In this document: piece by piece, positions 32,455-41,404 of the stretch
Layout of the letters: each line of letters starts with the position of its first letter
Numbering within the stretch: the first letter of the stretch is position 1
Assembly (NCBI GenBank): GCA_015491245.1
Contig: WFWH01000002.1
Coordinates: 3,823-67,822, forward strand
Origin: Patescibacteria group bacterium
Lineage (GTDB): Bacteria; Patescibacteriota; Minisyncoccia; Phycocordibacterales; UBA12088
DNA length: 64,000 nt
Direction: 5' to 3'
Made by a program: the position numbers and the translations under genes
Notes under the pieces: model-generated
Seen by the model: the letters and a program-made list of their open reading frames with translations, nothing else
Database searches by the model: none
Told to the model about the DNA's origin: nothing

Positions 32455-32534
32455 AACACCCACCAGTATACGCGCAATGCCTGCCGCGGAGAAGCGCTGG
32501 CGTGTGCAGTGTGGCGCCAGCGCGTCACACTGCA

Positions 32535-33230
32535 CTACCACCCCTTCTTCGCCAGTGCGTTAAGTGCAGCGTTCTGCTCCGCCTCCTGCTTTGACTTGCC
32601 GCGCCCCTCGGCAACCTTTTCATTTCCCGTATACACGCCCACGGTGAAGAGCTTGTCGTGGTCGGGGCCCTCTTCGTGCAGGATGCGGTACGTAGGCGTT
32701 ACCGAAAGCCGCTCCTGCGCCGCCTCTTGGAAGCGGCTCTTGGGGTCCTGCCACAGGCGGCGGCGCACGATCTCGTCAGTGAGAGGAAAAATGTGCTGCG
32801 CGATAAAATCACGCGCGGCGGCATACCCTTGATCCAGGTACAGCGCACCGATGATTGCCTCAAACGCATTAGCGAGAATGTACTGCCGTGCGCGCCCCGT
32901 GTCTTTCGCTTCACCGCGCGAGAGGCGCAGGTACTCATTCACGCCCAAGCGCCGCGCGGTGTCGGCGAGGGTATGGGTATTTACGAGCGCCGCACGGTAC
33001 GCGGTCAATTCCCCCTCAGGCTTGTCGGGGAAGGTGTGGAAGAGGTAATCGGTCACCACGAGCTCCAATACGGCGTCTCCCAAAAACTCAAGCCGTTCAT
33101 TGTGCGCTAATGTGCTGCCACGGTGTTCATTAAGGTACGAGCGATGCACCAGCGCCTGCTCCAAGAGGCGCAGATCATTGCAGCGGAGTGCCAATTGCTC
33201 CGCCAGTTCGGCAATAGGTTTCGGCTCCAT
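32535..33230 (-). CDS. rnc: ribonuclease III
   Basis: HNERLEFLGDAVL, FEAIIGALYLD and a dsRBD (DPKSRFQE...GKSKQEAEQNAA). Confidence 0.97.
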   Translation of the reverse strand: MEPKPIAELAEQLALRCNDLRLLEQALVHRSYLNEHRGSTLAHNERLEFLGDAVLELVVTDYLFHTFPDKPEGELTAYRAALVNTHTLADTARRLGVNEYLRLSRGEAKDTGRARQYILANAFEAIIGALYLDQGYAAARDFIAQHIFPLTDEIVRRRLWQDPKSRFQEAAQERLSVTPTYRILHEEGPDHDKLFTVGVYTGNEKVAEGRGKSKQEAEQNAALNALAKKGW

Positions 33231-33380
33231 GGGGATAGTGTGGCCCCGCCATTCGAGATAAAACGCACCAACCTCTCTCTCGGGAGGCGAAGTTTGAGCG
33301 CTTTATCTTGAATGTGCAAAAGGGCGCGTAATGCGAATAAAAGCTGCCACCACCACCACTGGGTGGCGCGCGGCATCAGG

Positions 33381-34325
33381 TCATTTGCGTGTAGGCGCGC
33401 GCGTAACCAATATATTGATCGCCTTGGTCACTATGGGGAGAATATCGTGGTAGAAATTTAAGTCAAGGATATCAGTGATTTTGAACCAGCGCGCATCATC
33501 CAATCCTCCTTTCTCCTCCAAGGTGAGGTCCACAAAATCCGCTTCCGCGAGGTAGTACGTCACGTGCTTGCGAATCTTGCCTTTCTCCGGATTCGCGGCG
33601 ACGTACTCATTTTCGCCCAAAATTTCCTGCGGGCGCACTGTAACGCCGATTTCATCGCGGATTTCCCTTATCACCCCCTTTTCAATGCTCTCCCCCTCTT
33701 TGATGCCCCCTTTGGGCAGGGTCCAGTGCCCGAACACATCATGCACGAGTGCAATGTATATCTCATCACCGTCCCGGGCATACACCACTGCGCCCCCCTT
33801 GTGCTCTACCGGCATCTTTTCATAAGGCACGGCTTGTTTGGGTTTTGCGGGGGCGCGGCGCGCCTTATTTCTTTTTCCGGTCTCGTGTTTTCCCGGCTCC
33901 CCCAACTCTTTGTACACGGCACCCAACACACCGTTAACGAAGCGCCCGCTCGTTTCGCCGCCGAAATTTTTCGCAAGCTCTATCGCTTCGTTAATGGCGA
34001 CTTTGGCCGGTACCTCTTTGCGGTCGGCAAACAAGAGCTCGTAGAGGCCGATGCGGAGAATGTTGCGGTCTATACGCGCAATCTTGTGAATCGGCCACTC
34101 GGGCGCGGCTTTTTCAATGACGAGATCTAGCTCTTTCTGCTTTTCCAACACCCCGCGCAAGAGGCGCTCCATGAAAGGGATATCCTTGGAGCCGGGGGCG
34201 AATTCCTCTATGTTGCGTCGCAACATTTCCACGGCGGGAACGTCCTTCTTCCCCTCTTCTAGCAGCGCATCGCGCTCAAAGAGGGTTTGAAGAACAATGG
34301 AACGTGAAAGGTGCCGGTTCGCCAT
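33381..34325 (-). CDS. nusB: NusB fused to a C-terminal Nudix hydrolase domain
   Basis: RHLSR..., IDRNILRIG, VAINEAIELAK, FVNGVLG; then WTLPKGGIKEGESIEKGVIREIRDEIGV Nudix box. Confidence 0.9.
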   Translation of the reverse strand: MANRHLSRSIVLQTLFERDALLEEGKKDVPAVEMLRRNIEEFAPGSKDIPFMERLLRGVLEKQKELDLVIEKAAPEWPIHKIARIDRNILRIGLYELLFADRKEVPAKVAINEAIELAKNFGGETSGRFVNGVLGAVYKELGEPGKHETGKRNKARRAPAKPKQAVPYEKMPVEHKGGAVVYARDGDEIYIALVHDVFGHWTLPKGGIKEGESIEKGVIREIRDEIGVTVRPQEILGENEYVAANPEKGKIRKHVTYYLAEADFVDLTLEEKGGLDDARWFKITDILDLNFYHDILPIVTKAINILVTRAPTRK

Positions 34326-34514
34326 GACCTACCTGCGGTTCCCTGCCAGTATACCTAAAAAAGGCCACCTTGGCACTCGAGGCACCAGGGGATGTGGAAA
34401 GCGCATTCCGCGCAAAAGCCATGCAATACATTTCCGCTGCACATAGCTATGTAAAAGGGCGCAGCGAACCCACGGGCATGCGCGGCGACCCGCGCATTGG
34501 AGCTGTGGAGCGCG

Positions 34515-34763
34515 TTAGGAGGACGGCTTTTCTTCTCCCGCAGCTTCCGTTTCTGCGCTTTCCTTCGCCTTGGAGGAAGGCGCGGAAGTTGCCGCTTCGG
34601 GTATTACGGCATTCCCCCGGTACGTGCCGGTTGCGGGATCCATAAAGTGCCGCAGGTGCGGATGGCCCGTCTTTTTATCAAACGCCACCGCAGGTTTCTT
34701 TACCCGGTGGTGCGCGCGGCGGCTGTGCGTTTTGGCGCGCGTCATGCGCATGCGTACCGACAT
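34515..34763 (-). CDS. rpmF: 50S ribosomal protein L32, cysteine-free form
   Basis: MSVRMRMTRAKTHSRRAHH...PHLRH...TGTYRG; TATAGT 9 nt upstream. The ORF track over-extends the start into rnhB. Confidence 0.85.
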   Translation of the reverse strand: MSVRMRMTRAKTHSRRAHHRVKKPAVAFDKKTGHPHLRHFMDPATGTYRGNAVIPEAATSAPSSKAKESAETEAAGEEKPSS

Positions 34764-34860
34764 AGTGAGCGCACTATACGGGAAAATCGCCAAAAAGGCA
34801 AGCGTGATTCGTGTGTGCGGCGAATATTCCAGAGCGCACGGCTTCACCTCCCACGTGGCA

Positions 34861-35472
34861 TTAACTGTGCCGTAAAAAGCTTCTCCGGTGCGCGGGCGTA
34901 GGACCATAGCGGCGCAGAGCGGCGTAGTGCGCGCGCGTGCCGTACCCCTTGTGCGCCGCAAACCCGTAGGCGGGATAGCGGCGGGCCAAGCGCCGCAGGC
35001 GCGCATCACGTGTTTCTTTAGCGGCCACGGACGCGAGCGCAATGGGATAGGCGCGCGCATCTCCCCCCACCAACGTGCATTGGTGCGGATACGCGCGCGG
35101 CGCGGCAAGCCCGCCGTCCAAGAGCACCAGGCACTCTTCGGGCGGAAGCGCAAGGCGCGCGAGCGCGCGCGCGAGCGCCTCACGGATGGCTGCCGCAATC
35201 CCTATCGCATCAATGCGCGCGGGACCCGCCAGGGAAACCGCCCAGTGCATTGCACCTTGCGCCGCAGATGCCTTGAGCTCAGCAAAAACTGCCGCGCGGC
35301 GCGCGGGTGTGAGGCGCTTGCTGTCACGGAACGCAGAGGGGAGCGGCGCGTCGCGCGGCAGCGCCACCGCTCCCACCGCAACGGGTCCTGCCAGTGGCCC
35401 GCGCCCTGCCTCATCTACCCCCACCACATAGCGCACCTGCGTGGGTAGGGGTACTCCTGCGATCGCCCGCAT
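34861..35472 (-). CDS. rnhB: ribonuclease HII
   Basis: GVDEAGRGPLAGPV, DSKRL, LDG, ASVAAK, HKGYGT, HRRSF. Confidence 0.95.
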   Translation of the reverse strand: MRAIAGVPLPTQVRYVVGVDEAGRGPLAGPVAVGAVALPRDAPLPSAFRDSKRLTPARRAAVFAELKASAAQGAMHWAVSLAGPARIDAIGIAAAIREALARALARLALPPEECLVLLDGGLAAPRAYPHQCTLVGGDARAYPIALASVAAKETRDARLRRLARRYPAYGFAAHKGYGTRAHYAALRRYGPTPAHRRSFLRHS

Positions 35473-35525
35473 ACGATGGGTATTTTGCTATACTAACACC
35501 ACACGAGCTACCCCCAATTAATCCC

Positions 35526-38500
35526 ATGCGCGCACCATTCGTCCATTTGCACACCCACAGCCACTACTCACTGCTCTCGGCGCTGCCAACTGTGCCCGAG
35601 TTGGTAGCAGCCGCCAAAGAGCGCGACATGGACGCGCTCGCGCTTACTGACGCCGGCAATCTCTATGGCGCCATTGAATTTTACAAAGCATGCAATGCCG
35701 CGGGCATCAAACCCATTATCGGGGTGGACTTTTACGTTGCGCCGCGCACGCGGCACGACCGCACGCACCGCGTGGACAACCGCTGGCACCGCCTGGTGCT
35801 GCTCGCGGAAAACGAAGCAGGTTACAAAAACCTCATCAAACTCGTTACCGAATCATACCTCACCGGCTTCTACTACAAGCCGCGGATAGATGCAGAGCTC
35901 ATGGAGCGCCACGCGGAGGGCCTCATCGCGCTCCTTCCCTCTTTCTCTTCCGAGGCATCCCATGCGCTCAAGAACGGCCGGCAAGACGAGGTGCGCGCCA
36001 TCCTCACGCGCTACCGCGCGTGGTATGGCGCGGAAAACGTGTATCTGGAGCTCACGCACCACCCGGAAATACCCGGCCACCAAGCGCTGATGGCAGCGGT
36101 GCGCGAAGCGGCGGCAGCGAGCGGCGTGCCGCTCGCCGCTGCGCACGACGTGTACTACCTCCGGCCGGAGGATCGCCGCGCGCGCGAAACCATGATGCGC
36201 ATCCAGGGGTCATTCGGCAACCGCAGCGGCTTTGAAGACGACGAAGAGGATTTTTCTTTTATTGATGCAGAGACGGCGGAGGAGTACTTCCGCGAGGTGC
36301 CCGAAGCGCTGCACGGAACCCGCACCATCGCGGACCGCTGCCAGCTCTCTATCCCCATGCAGTGGACCTTCCCCCACTACCCCATTGCATCCGGAAGAGA
36401 ACCCGATGAAGAATTGCGCCACCTCGCGTACGAGGGCGCAGCGTGGCGCGGCCTCTCCCTTGAGGATTCCGCGGTGCGGGAGCGCTTGGACTACGAACTC
36501 AAGGTTATCAAAGCAAAAGGGTACGCCATTTACTTTCTCGTAGTGGGCGACCTACTGCGCGAGGCGCGCACCCGCGGCATTTTAACCACCATACGCGGCT
36601 CGGTTGCTGGCTCGCTTACCACCTACGTGCTGGGCATTACCAACGTCAATCCACTGGAGTACCACCTTCCTTTTGAGCGGTTTCTCAATCCTGAGCGCCC
36701 CTCGGCGCCTGACATAGACATGGACTTCGCAGATGACCGCCGCGACGAAATCATTGCGTACGCCAAAGAAAAGTACGGCCATGATCATGTGGCGCAAATC
36801 GGTACCTTCGGCACCATGATGGCGCGTGCGGTGGTGCGCGATGTGGCGCGCGCGCTCAACCACCCGTACGCGGTCGGCGACCGCATTGCGCGCCTCATTC
36901 CCATGGGATCCCAGGGATTCCCCATGACCATTGACCGCGCCCTGGAAATGAACGAAGAGCTCGCCGCACTCGCCAAGAGCGATCCTGCGGTGAAAGAGAT
37001 ACTGGATCTCGGGCGCCAAATTGAGGGGCGGGCGCGGCACATCGGGGTGCACGCCGCGGGCGTGGTCATCGCCCCGCAGCCGCTCACCGAATACGTGCCG
37101 CTCCAGTATGATCCCAAGACCATGGAAAAGGGCGAGGGGAAGCTCATCACGCAGTACGACATGCGCTCCGTGGGCGAGGATGGTATCGGCTTGCTCAAGT
37201 TTGACTTCCTCGGCCTCAAGAACCTCTCCATACTCTCCGACGCCGTCGCGCGCGTGCGCGCGCGCACCGGCAAAGAAATAGACATTGAGCGCATTCCCCT
37301 TGACGATAAAAAAACGTTTACCCTGCTCGCCAAGGGAGAGACGATGGGGCTATTCCAGCTCAGCGGCGCGGCGATGACCAAGTACCTCAAGGAGCTCAAA
37401 CCCAGCACTATTTTTGACATCAACGCCATGGTGGCGCTCTACCGCCCCGGCCCCATGGAATCTATTCCCACCTATATCGAGCGTAAACATAACCCCCATC
37501 GCATTACCTACCTGGACCCGCGCCTGAAACCCATTTTGGAGCGCTCATACGGCGTAATCACCTACCAAGACGACGTCATGATGATCGCCATCAAGCTCGC
37601 GGGATACTCGTGGCTGGAGGCGGACAAACTGCGCAAGGCGATGGGTAAGAAAATTCCCGAAGTGATGGCGGCGGAGAAAGAGAAGCTAATCGCCGGTTTT
37701 GTGGCGCACGGCATGACGCAAGAAAACGCAGAGGAGCTCTGGCGCCTCATTGAGCCCTTTGCCGCATACGGCTTTAACAAGGCGCACGCCGCAAGCTACG
37801 GGCGCGTCGCCTACCAAACCGCCTACATGAAGGCCAACTACCCCGTGGAATACATGGCAGCTATCCTCACCGCCGATGCGGGAGACGTGGATAAAATCGC
37901 CGCAGCGGTCCACGAGTGCGCACGCCTCGGCATACCCGTGCTCCCCCCCGACGTCAACGAGAGCATGGGGCGCTTTACCGTAGTAGAGGGAGCAGACGGC
38001 GCGCCGGCGATACGGTTCGGGCTCTACTCCATAAAAAATTTCGGCGAAGGCATTGCCGATGCCATTATCGCCGAGCGTGAGCGGGGGGGGAAATTTGCCT
38101 CGCTCGCCGATTTTTTGGCGCGCATCCATGACCGCAACCTCAACAAAAAAACGCTGGAGGCGCTGGTAAAGGCAGGCGCACTGGACTCACTGGAGAACCG
38201 TATGCAGATGGCGCAGCACTTGGACCTTTTGCTGCACTACGCGCGGGAATGCCGCCAGAAGCCCGCGGCGCAGGGGACGCTGTTTGGCGCACTGGAGGGG
38301 GCCGCACCCCTTACCCTGCCGCCCGCGGATAACGCGGACCCTTGGGAGCAACTTGCGTGGGAACGCGAACTATTGGGCCTCTACCTCTCCGGGCATCCGC
38401 TAGACCGGTGGGAGGCGGTGCTTAAGCGGCACGACTTTTCCCTCGCCCATGCCCGCAATGCACCACCCGGCACGCTGGTGGTGGTATACGCCATTGTGGA

Positions 38501-38744
38501 CCAACACAAAGTCATCATGACAAAAAAGGGGGAGCCCATGGCATTCCTCACCCTCGCGGACAAGCACGCCTCCATGGAAGCGGTGTGCTTTTCCGACCTC
38601 TACAAGGAAATACGCGCGCAACTCAACACCCACGCTTGCCTGGGCGTCAAGGGCCGCGTTACCGAACGCAACGGCGAAAAGAGCATCGTGGTGGAGAAGG
38701 TAAAATTTCTCACGGGCGCCGCACCCTTACGCACTGCCACATAG
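35526..38744 (+). CDS. dnaE: DNA polymerase III alpha subunit
   Basis: FVHLHTHSHYS, FERFLNPER, PDIDMDF, HAAGVVI, LLKFDFLGL, YGFNKAHA, C-terminal OB fold. Confidence 0.97.
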   Translation: MRAPFVHLHTHSHYSLLSALPTVPELVAAAKERDMDALALTDAGNLYGAIEFYKACNAAGIKPIIGVDFYVAPRTRHDRTHRVDNRWHRLVLLAENEAGYKNLIKLVTESYLTGFYYKPRIDAELMERHAEGLIALLPSFSSEASHALKNGRQDEVRAILTRYRAWYGAENVYLELTHHPEIPGHQALMAAVREAAAASGVPLAAAHDVYYLRPEDRRARETMMRIQGSFGNRSGFEDDEEDFSFIDAETAEEYFREVPEALHGTRTIADRCQLSIPMQWTFPHYPIASGREPDEELRHLAYEGAAWRGLSLEDSAVRERLDYELKVIKAKGYAIYFLVVGDLLREARTRGILTTIRGSVAGSLTTYVLGITNVNPLEYHLPFERFLNPERPSAPDIDMDFADDRRDEIIAYAKEKYGHDHVAQIGTFGTMMARAVVRDVARALNHPYAVGDRIARLIPMGSQGFPMTIDRALEMNEELAALAKSDPAVKEILDLGRQIEGRARHIGVHAAGVVIAPQPLTEYVPLQYDPKTMEKGEGKLITQYDMRSVGEDGIGLLKFDFLGLKNLSILSDAVARVRARTGKEIDIERIPLDDKKTFTLLAKGETMGLFQLSGAAMTKYLKELKPSTIFDINAMVALYRPGPMESIPTYIERKHNPHRITYLDPRLKPILERSYGVITYQDDVMMIAIKLAGYSWLEADKLRKAMGKKIPEVMAAEKEKLIAGFVAHGMTQENAEELWRLIEPFAAYGFNKAHAASYGRVAYQTAYMKANYPVEYMAAILTADAGDVDKIAAAVHECARLGIPVLPPDVNESMGRFTVVEGADGAPAIRFGLYSIKNFGEGIADAIIAERERGGKFASLADFLARIHDRNLNKKTLEALVKAGALDSLENRMQMAQHLDLLLHYARECRQKPAAQGTLFGALEGAAPLTLPPADNADPWEQLAWERELLGLYLSGHPLDRWEAVLKRHDFSLAHARNAPPGTLVVVYAIVDQHKVIMTKKGEPMAFLTLADKHASMEAVCFSDLYKEIRAQLNTHACLGVKGRVTERNGEKSIVVEKVKFLTGAAPLRTAT

Positions 38745-38770
38745 GCGCATGCCACGTACCATTACGCGCA

Positions 38771-39370
38771 CTAGCGCGGTACCACCGTTATGGTGCGTGT
38801 GGCGCTGCCGTAGGGAGGATAATCCAACCGAATCGTGTAGCGCCCGGGCTTGAGCGGGTACGCCTCCGTCGTGTGGCGCATGCGCAGCATGCGCGCCTTA
38901 CCGGGTGCAAGGTAATAGGTAATCTCTTCCCCTGTATTGCAGGCGGGACGCTCGGCGCTGTTGTAGAGCTCGGTTCCATCTTGGGAGAGAATAGCGTATG
39001 AAAGTACACACTTCCTCCTCCCTTTCATGGCAAGCGTTTCGGTGCTGGTATTTTTCACCGTCAACAACAGCCCCTCTATGGGATCCCCCTCCCGATAGGT
39101 GCGGTCGGCAAATTCAATAAGCTGGGAAGCGCGCAGCTCCACCGCATCGGGATTATCCACCGCATCGGGATTGAGCACGGAAATAACCTCCACCGCCTCT
39201 CGTGCGCGCTGCTCCTGTGTCGCAGGAATAATGCCGCGCTGCAGCAAAAGGTCAACGAGTGCCCGAAGTGAGATCGCCTCCACGCGCTGCGCGTACACCA
39301 CGCCACCTGCGAGGAGCGCGAGCGCAAGGGCCCCCCCTGCGAGCCATAGGTTTCTCTTCCTTGCCTCCAT
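38771..39370 (-). CDS. exported protein with an Ig-like (BsuPI-like) C-terminal domain
   Basis: Signal WLAGGALALALLAGGVVYA; TYREGDPI...LTVKNTS...LAPGK...LKPGRYTIRL beta-sandwich pattern with a Cys pair. Confidence 0.55.
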   Translation of the reverse strand: MEARKRNLWLAGGALALALLAGGVVYAQRVEAISLRALVDLLLQRGIIPATQEQRAREAVEVISVLNPDAVDNPDAVELRASQLIEFADRTYREGDPIEGLLLTVKNTSTETLAMKGRRKCVLSYAILSQDGTELYNSAERPACNTGEEITYYLAPGKARMLRMRHTTEAYPLKPGRYTIRLDYPPYGSATRTITVVPR

Positions 39371-39541
39371 GGGAATCATTGTGCGCGCGCGGCGCGCATT
39401 TTGCAAGTGGGCAATGCGCCGCGGGCGAGGCACCCTTCTTTGACAGCGCGGGCGGGGGCGTTATACTTGAGCCGTATACGGTGCCGCGGCGACATAGTGC
39501 ATTCTTGGCGCCTCCGCGCTTTCGCGCACCACATCGCAACC

Positions 39542-41302
39542 ATGACTGAAGAACATTCCCTTGAACAGATGCGCCACACACTCGCCCATCTTTTGGCCGC
39601 GGCAGTACAAAAGCATTATCCGCACGCAAAGCCCGCAATAGGTCCTGCGATTGAGCACGGGTTTTACTACGATTTTGATTTTTCAGGGGGTGCGGCGCCG
39701 GGTGAGAGCGACCTGCCGAAACTGGAGGAGGAGATGCGCGCGCTCTTGCCCGCATGGGAATCCTTTTCCCGCCACGAAGCCTCCCTTGAAGAAGTCCGCG
39801 CGCTCTTTAAAGAAAACCCCTACAAAAAAGAGCTCGCGGAAGAATTTGCCCGCGAGGGAAAAACGCTCACGCTCTACACCAGCGGCGGCTTTACCGATCT
39901 GTGCCGCGGGGGCCACACGCCCCATCCCGCCCAAGACATCAACCCTCGCGCGTTTGCACTGGATCGCGTCGCGGGCGCGTATTGGCGGGGGGACGAGCGC
40001 AATCCCATGCTGACGCGCATCTACGGGCTTGCCTTCCGCACACCGGAGGAGCTAGAGGCGTTTCGGCAGCAACGCGAGGAAGCGCGCGCGCGCGACCACC
40101 GAAAAATCGGCAAGGCGCACGATTTGTTCGTCTTCTCTGACCTAGTGGGGCCGGGCCTTCCGCTCTGGACGCCCAGGGGCGCGCTGGTGCGCGCGCTGCT
40201 GGACGAGTTCGTGTGGGAGCTGCGCGCGGCGCGCGGTTACCAGCGCGTTGCCATTCCCCACCTCACCAAGCGCGCGCTCTACGAGACGAGTGGCCACTGG
40301 GAAAAATTCCACGAGGAGCTGTTCCGCATCACCTCCCGCGAGGGAAAAGAGTACGCGCTCAAGCCTATGAACTGCCCGCACCACACGCAGATATTTGCCC
40401 GCCGGCCCCATTCTTACCGCGAGATGCCGCAGCGCTACGCCGAAACCACCATGGTCTACCGCGATGAGCAATCGGGCGAGCTAGGAGGGCTCACGCGCGT
40501 CCTGTCCATTACCCAAGACGATTCCCATGTATTTTGCCGCCACGCGCAAATCAAAGAGGAATTTTTCTCCCTATGGGACATGGTGGACACCTTTTACCAA
40601 ACGTTCGGCTTTTCCCTGCGTGTTCGCCTCTCATTTCACGATACGGAACACCCCGAGCAGTACCTCGGCTCAAAAGCGGTATGGGAGAAGGCGGAGCGCG
40701 CGCTGCGCGAAATCGCCGAGGAGCGCCGCGCAGATTTCTTTGAGGCGCGCGGAGAAGCGGCGCTCTACGGCCCGAAGCTGGATTTCATGGCGCAAGACTC
40801 GCTGGGGCGCGCGCACCAAGTGGCCACCATACAACTGGACCTAAACCTGCCGGAGCGCTTTGACCTCTTCTGTATTAATGAAAAGGGAGCACAGGAGCGC
40901 ATCGCCATGATTCACTGTGCCATCATGGGATCGCTGGAGCGCTTTATCGCCGTACTGCTGGAGCACTACGCGGGCGCGCTGCCGCTGTGGCTTTCTCCGG
41001 TGCAGGTCAAAATCCTTCCGATAAGCGACGAGGCAGCAAGCTATGCCGCGCGCGTAGAGGAGGCTCTCCGCCAAAAGGGAATCCGCACCGTGGTGGACGG
41101 CTCCAAGGAAACCTTGGGAAAAAGGATTCGCCTCGCCAAGGAAGAAAAGGTTCCCTTTCTCGCCGTCGTAGGGAACAAAGAAGCGTCACGGGGGACACTG
41201 GCGGTGGAAACGCGCGGCGCCGGCCGTACGGAGGAGAAGATGGAGGATTTCGCCGCGCGCGTTGCAGAAGCGGTACGCACGCGCGCCAATATCCCCTCGT
41301 AG
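39542..41302 (+). CDS. thrS: threonine-tRNA ligase lacking the N-terminal TGS domain
   Basis: RHTLAHLL, DLCRGGH, RDHRKIG, KPMNCP, YGPKLD, GSLERF. Confidence 0.96.
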   Translation: MTEEHSLEQMRHTLAHLLAAAVQKHYPHAKPAIGPAIEHGFYYDFDFSGGAAPGESDLPKLEEEMRALLPAWESFSRHEASLEEVRALFKENPYKKELAEEFAREGKTLTLYTSGGFTDLCRGGHTPHPAQDINPRAFALDRVAGAYWRGDERNPMLTRIYGLAFRTPEELEAFRQQREEARARDHRKIGKAHDLFVFSDLVGPGLPLWTPRGALVRALLDEFVWELRAARGYQRVAIPHLTKRALYETSGHWEKFHEELFRITSREGKEYALKPMNCPHHTQIFARRPHSYREMPQRYAETTMVYRDEQSGELGGLTRVLSITQDDSHVFCRHAQIKEEFFSLWDMVDTFYQTFGFSLRVRLSFHDTEHPEQYLGSKAVWEKAERALREIAEERRADFFEARGEAALYGPKLDFMAQDSLGRAHQVATIQLDLNLPERFDLFCINEKGAQERIAMIHCAIMGSLERFIAVLLEHYAGALPLWLSPVQVKILPISDEAASYAARVEEALRQKGIRTVVDGSKETLGKRIRLAKEEKVPFLAVVGNKEASRGTLAVETRGAGRTEEKMEDFAARVAEAVRTRANIPS

Positions 41303-41329
41303 GGGCGTGTCTGCAGCCCGCAAGGAGAA

Positions 41330-41362
41330 TGCAAAAACGGCACCTACGGTGCCGTTTTTGCA
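41330..41362. terminator. bidirectional intrinsic terminator between thrS and the 933-aa gene
   Basis: Perfect inverted repeat TGCAAAAACGGCACC-TAC-GGTGCCGTTTTTGCA between convergent genes. Confidence 0.8.
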
Positions 41363-41404
41363 GAGTGGAGTTTTGCAACACCCCGCCGCATATTTTTTCC
41401 GCCC

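Noticed and set aside
34764-35198. N-terminally extended 227-aa L32
   Set aside because: The extension overlaps rnhB in another frame; a -10 box sits just before the MSVRMR start.
39542-39620. Missing TGS domain of ThrRS (also short EF-Ts and short RF1 N-terminus) as pseudogenisation
   Set aside because: Catalytic and editing motifs are intact and such short forms are known variants.
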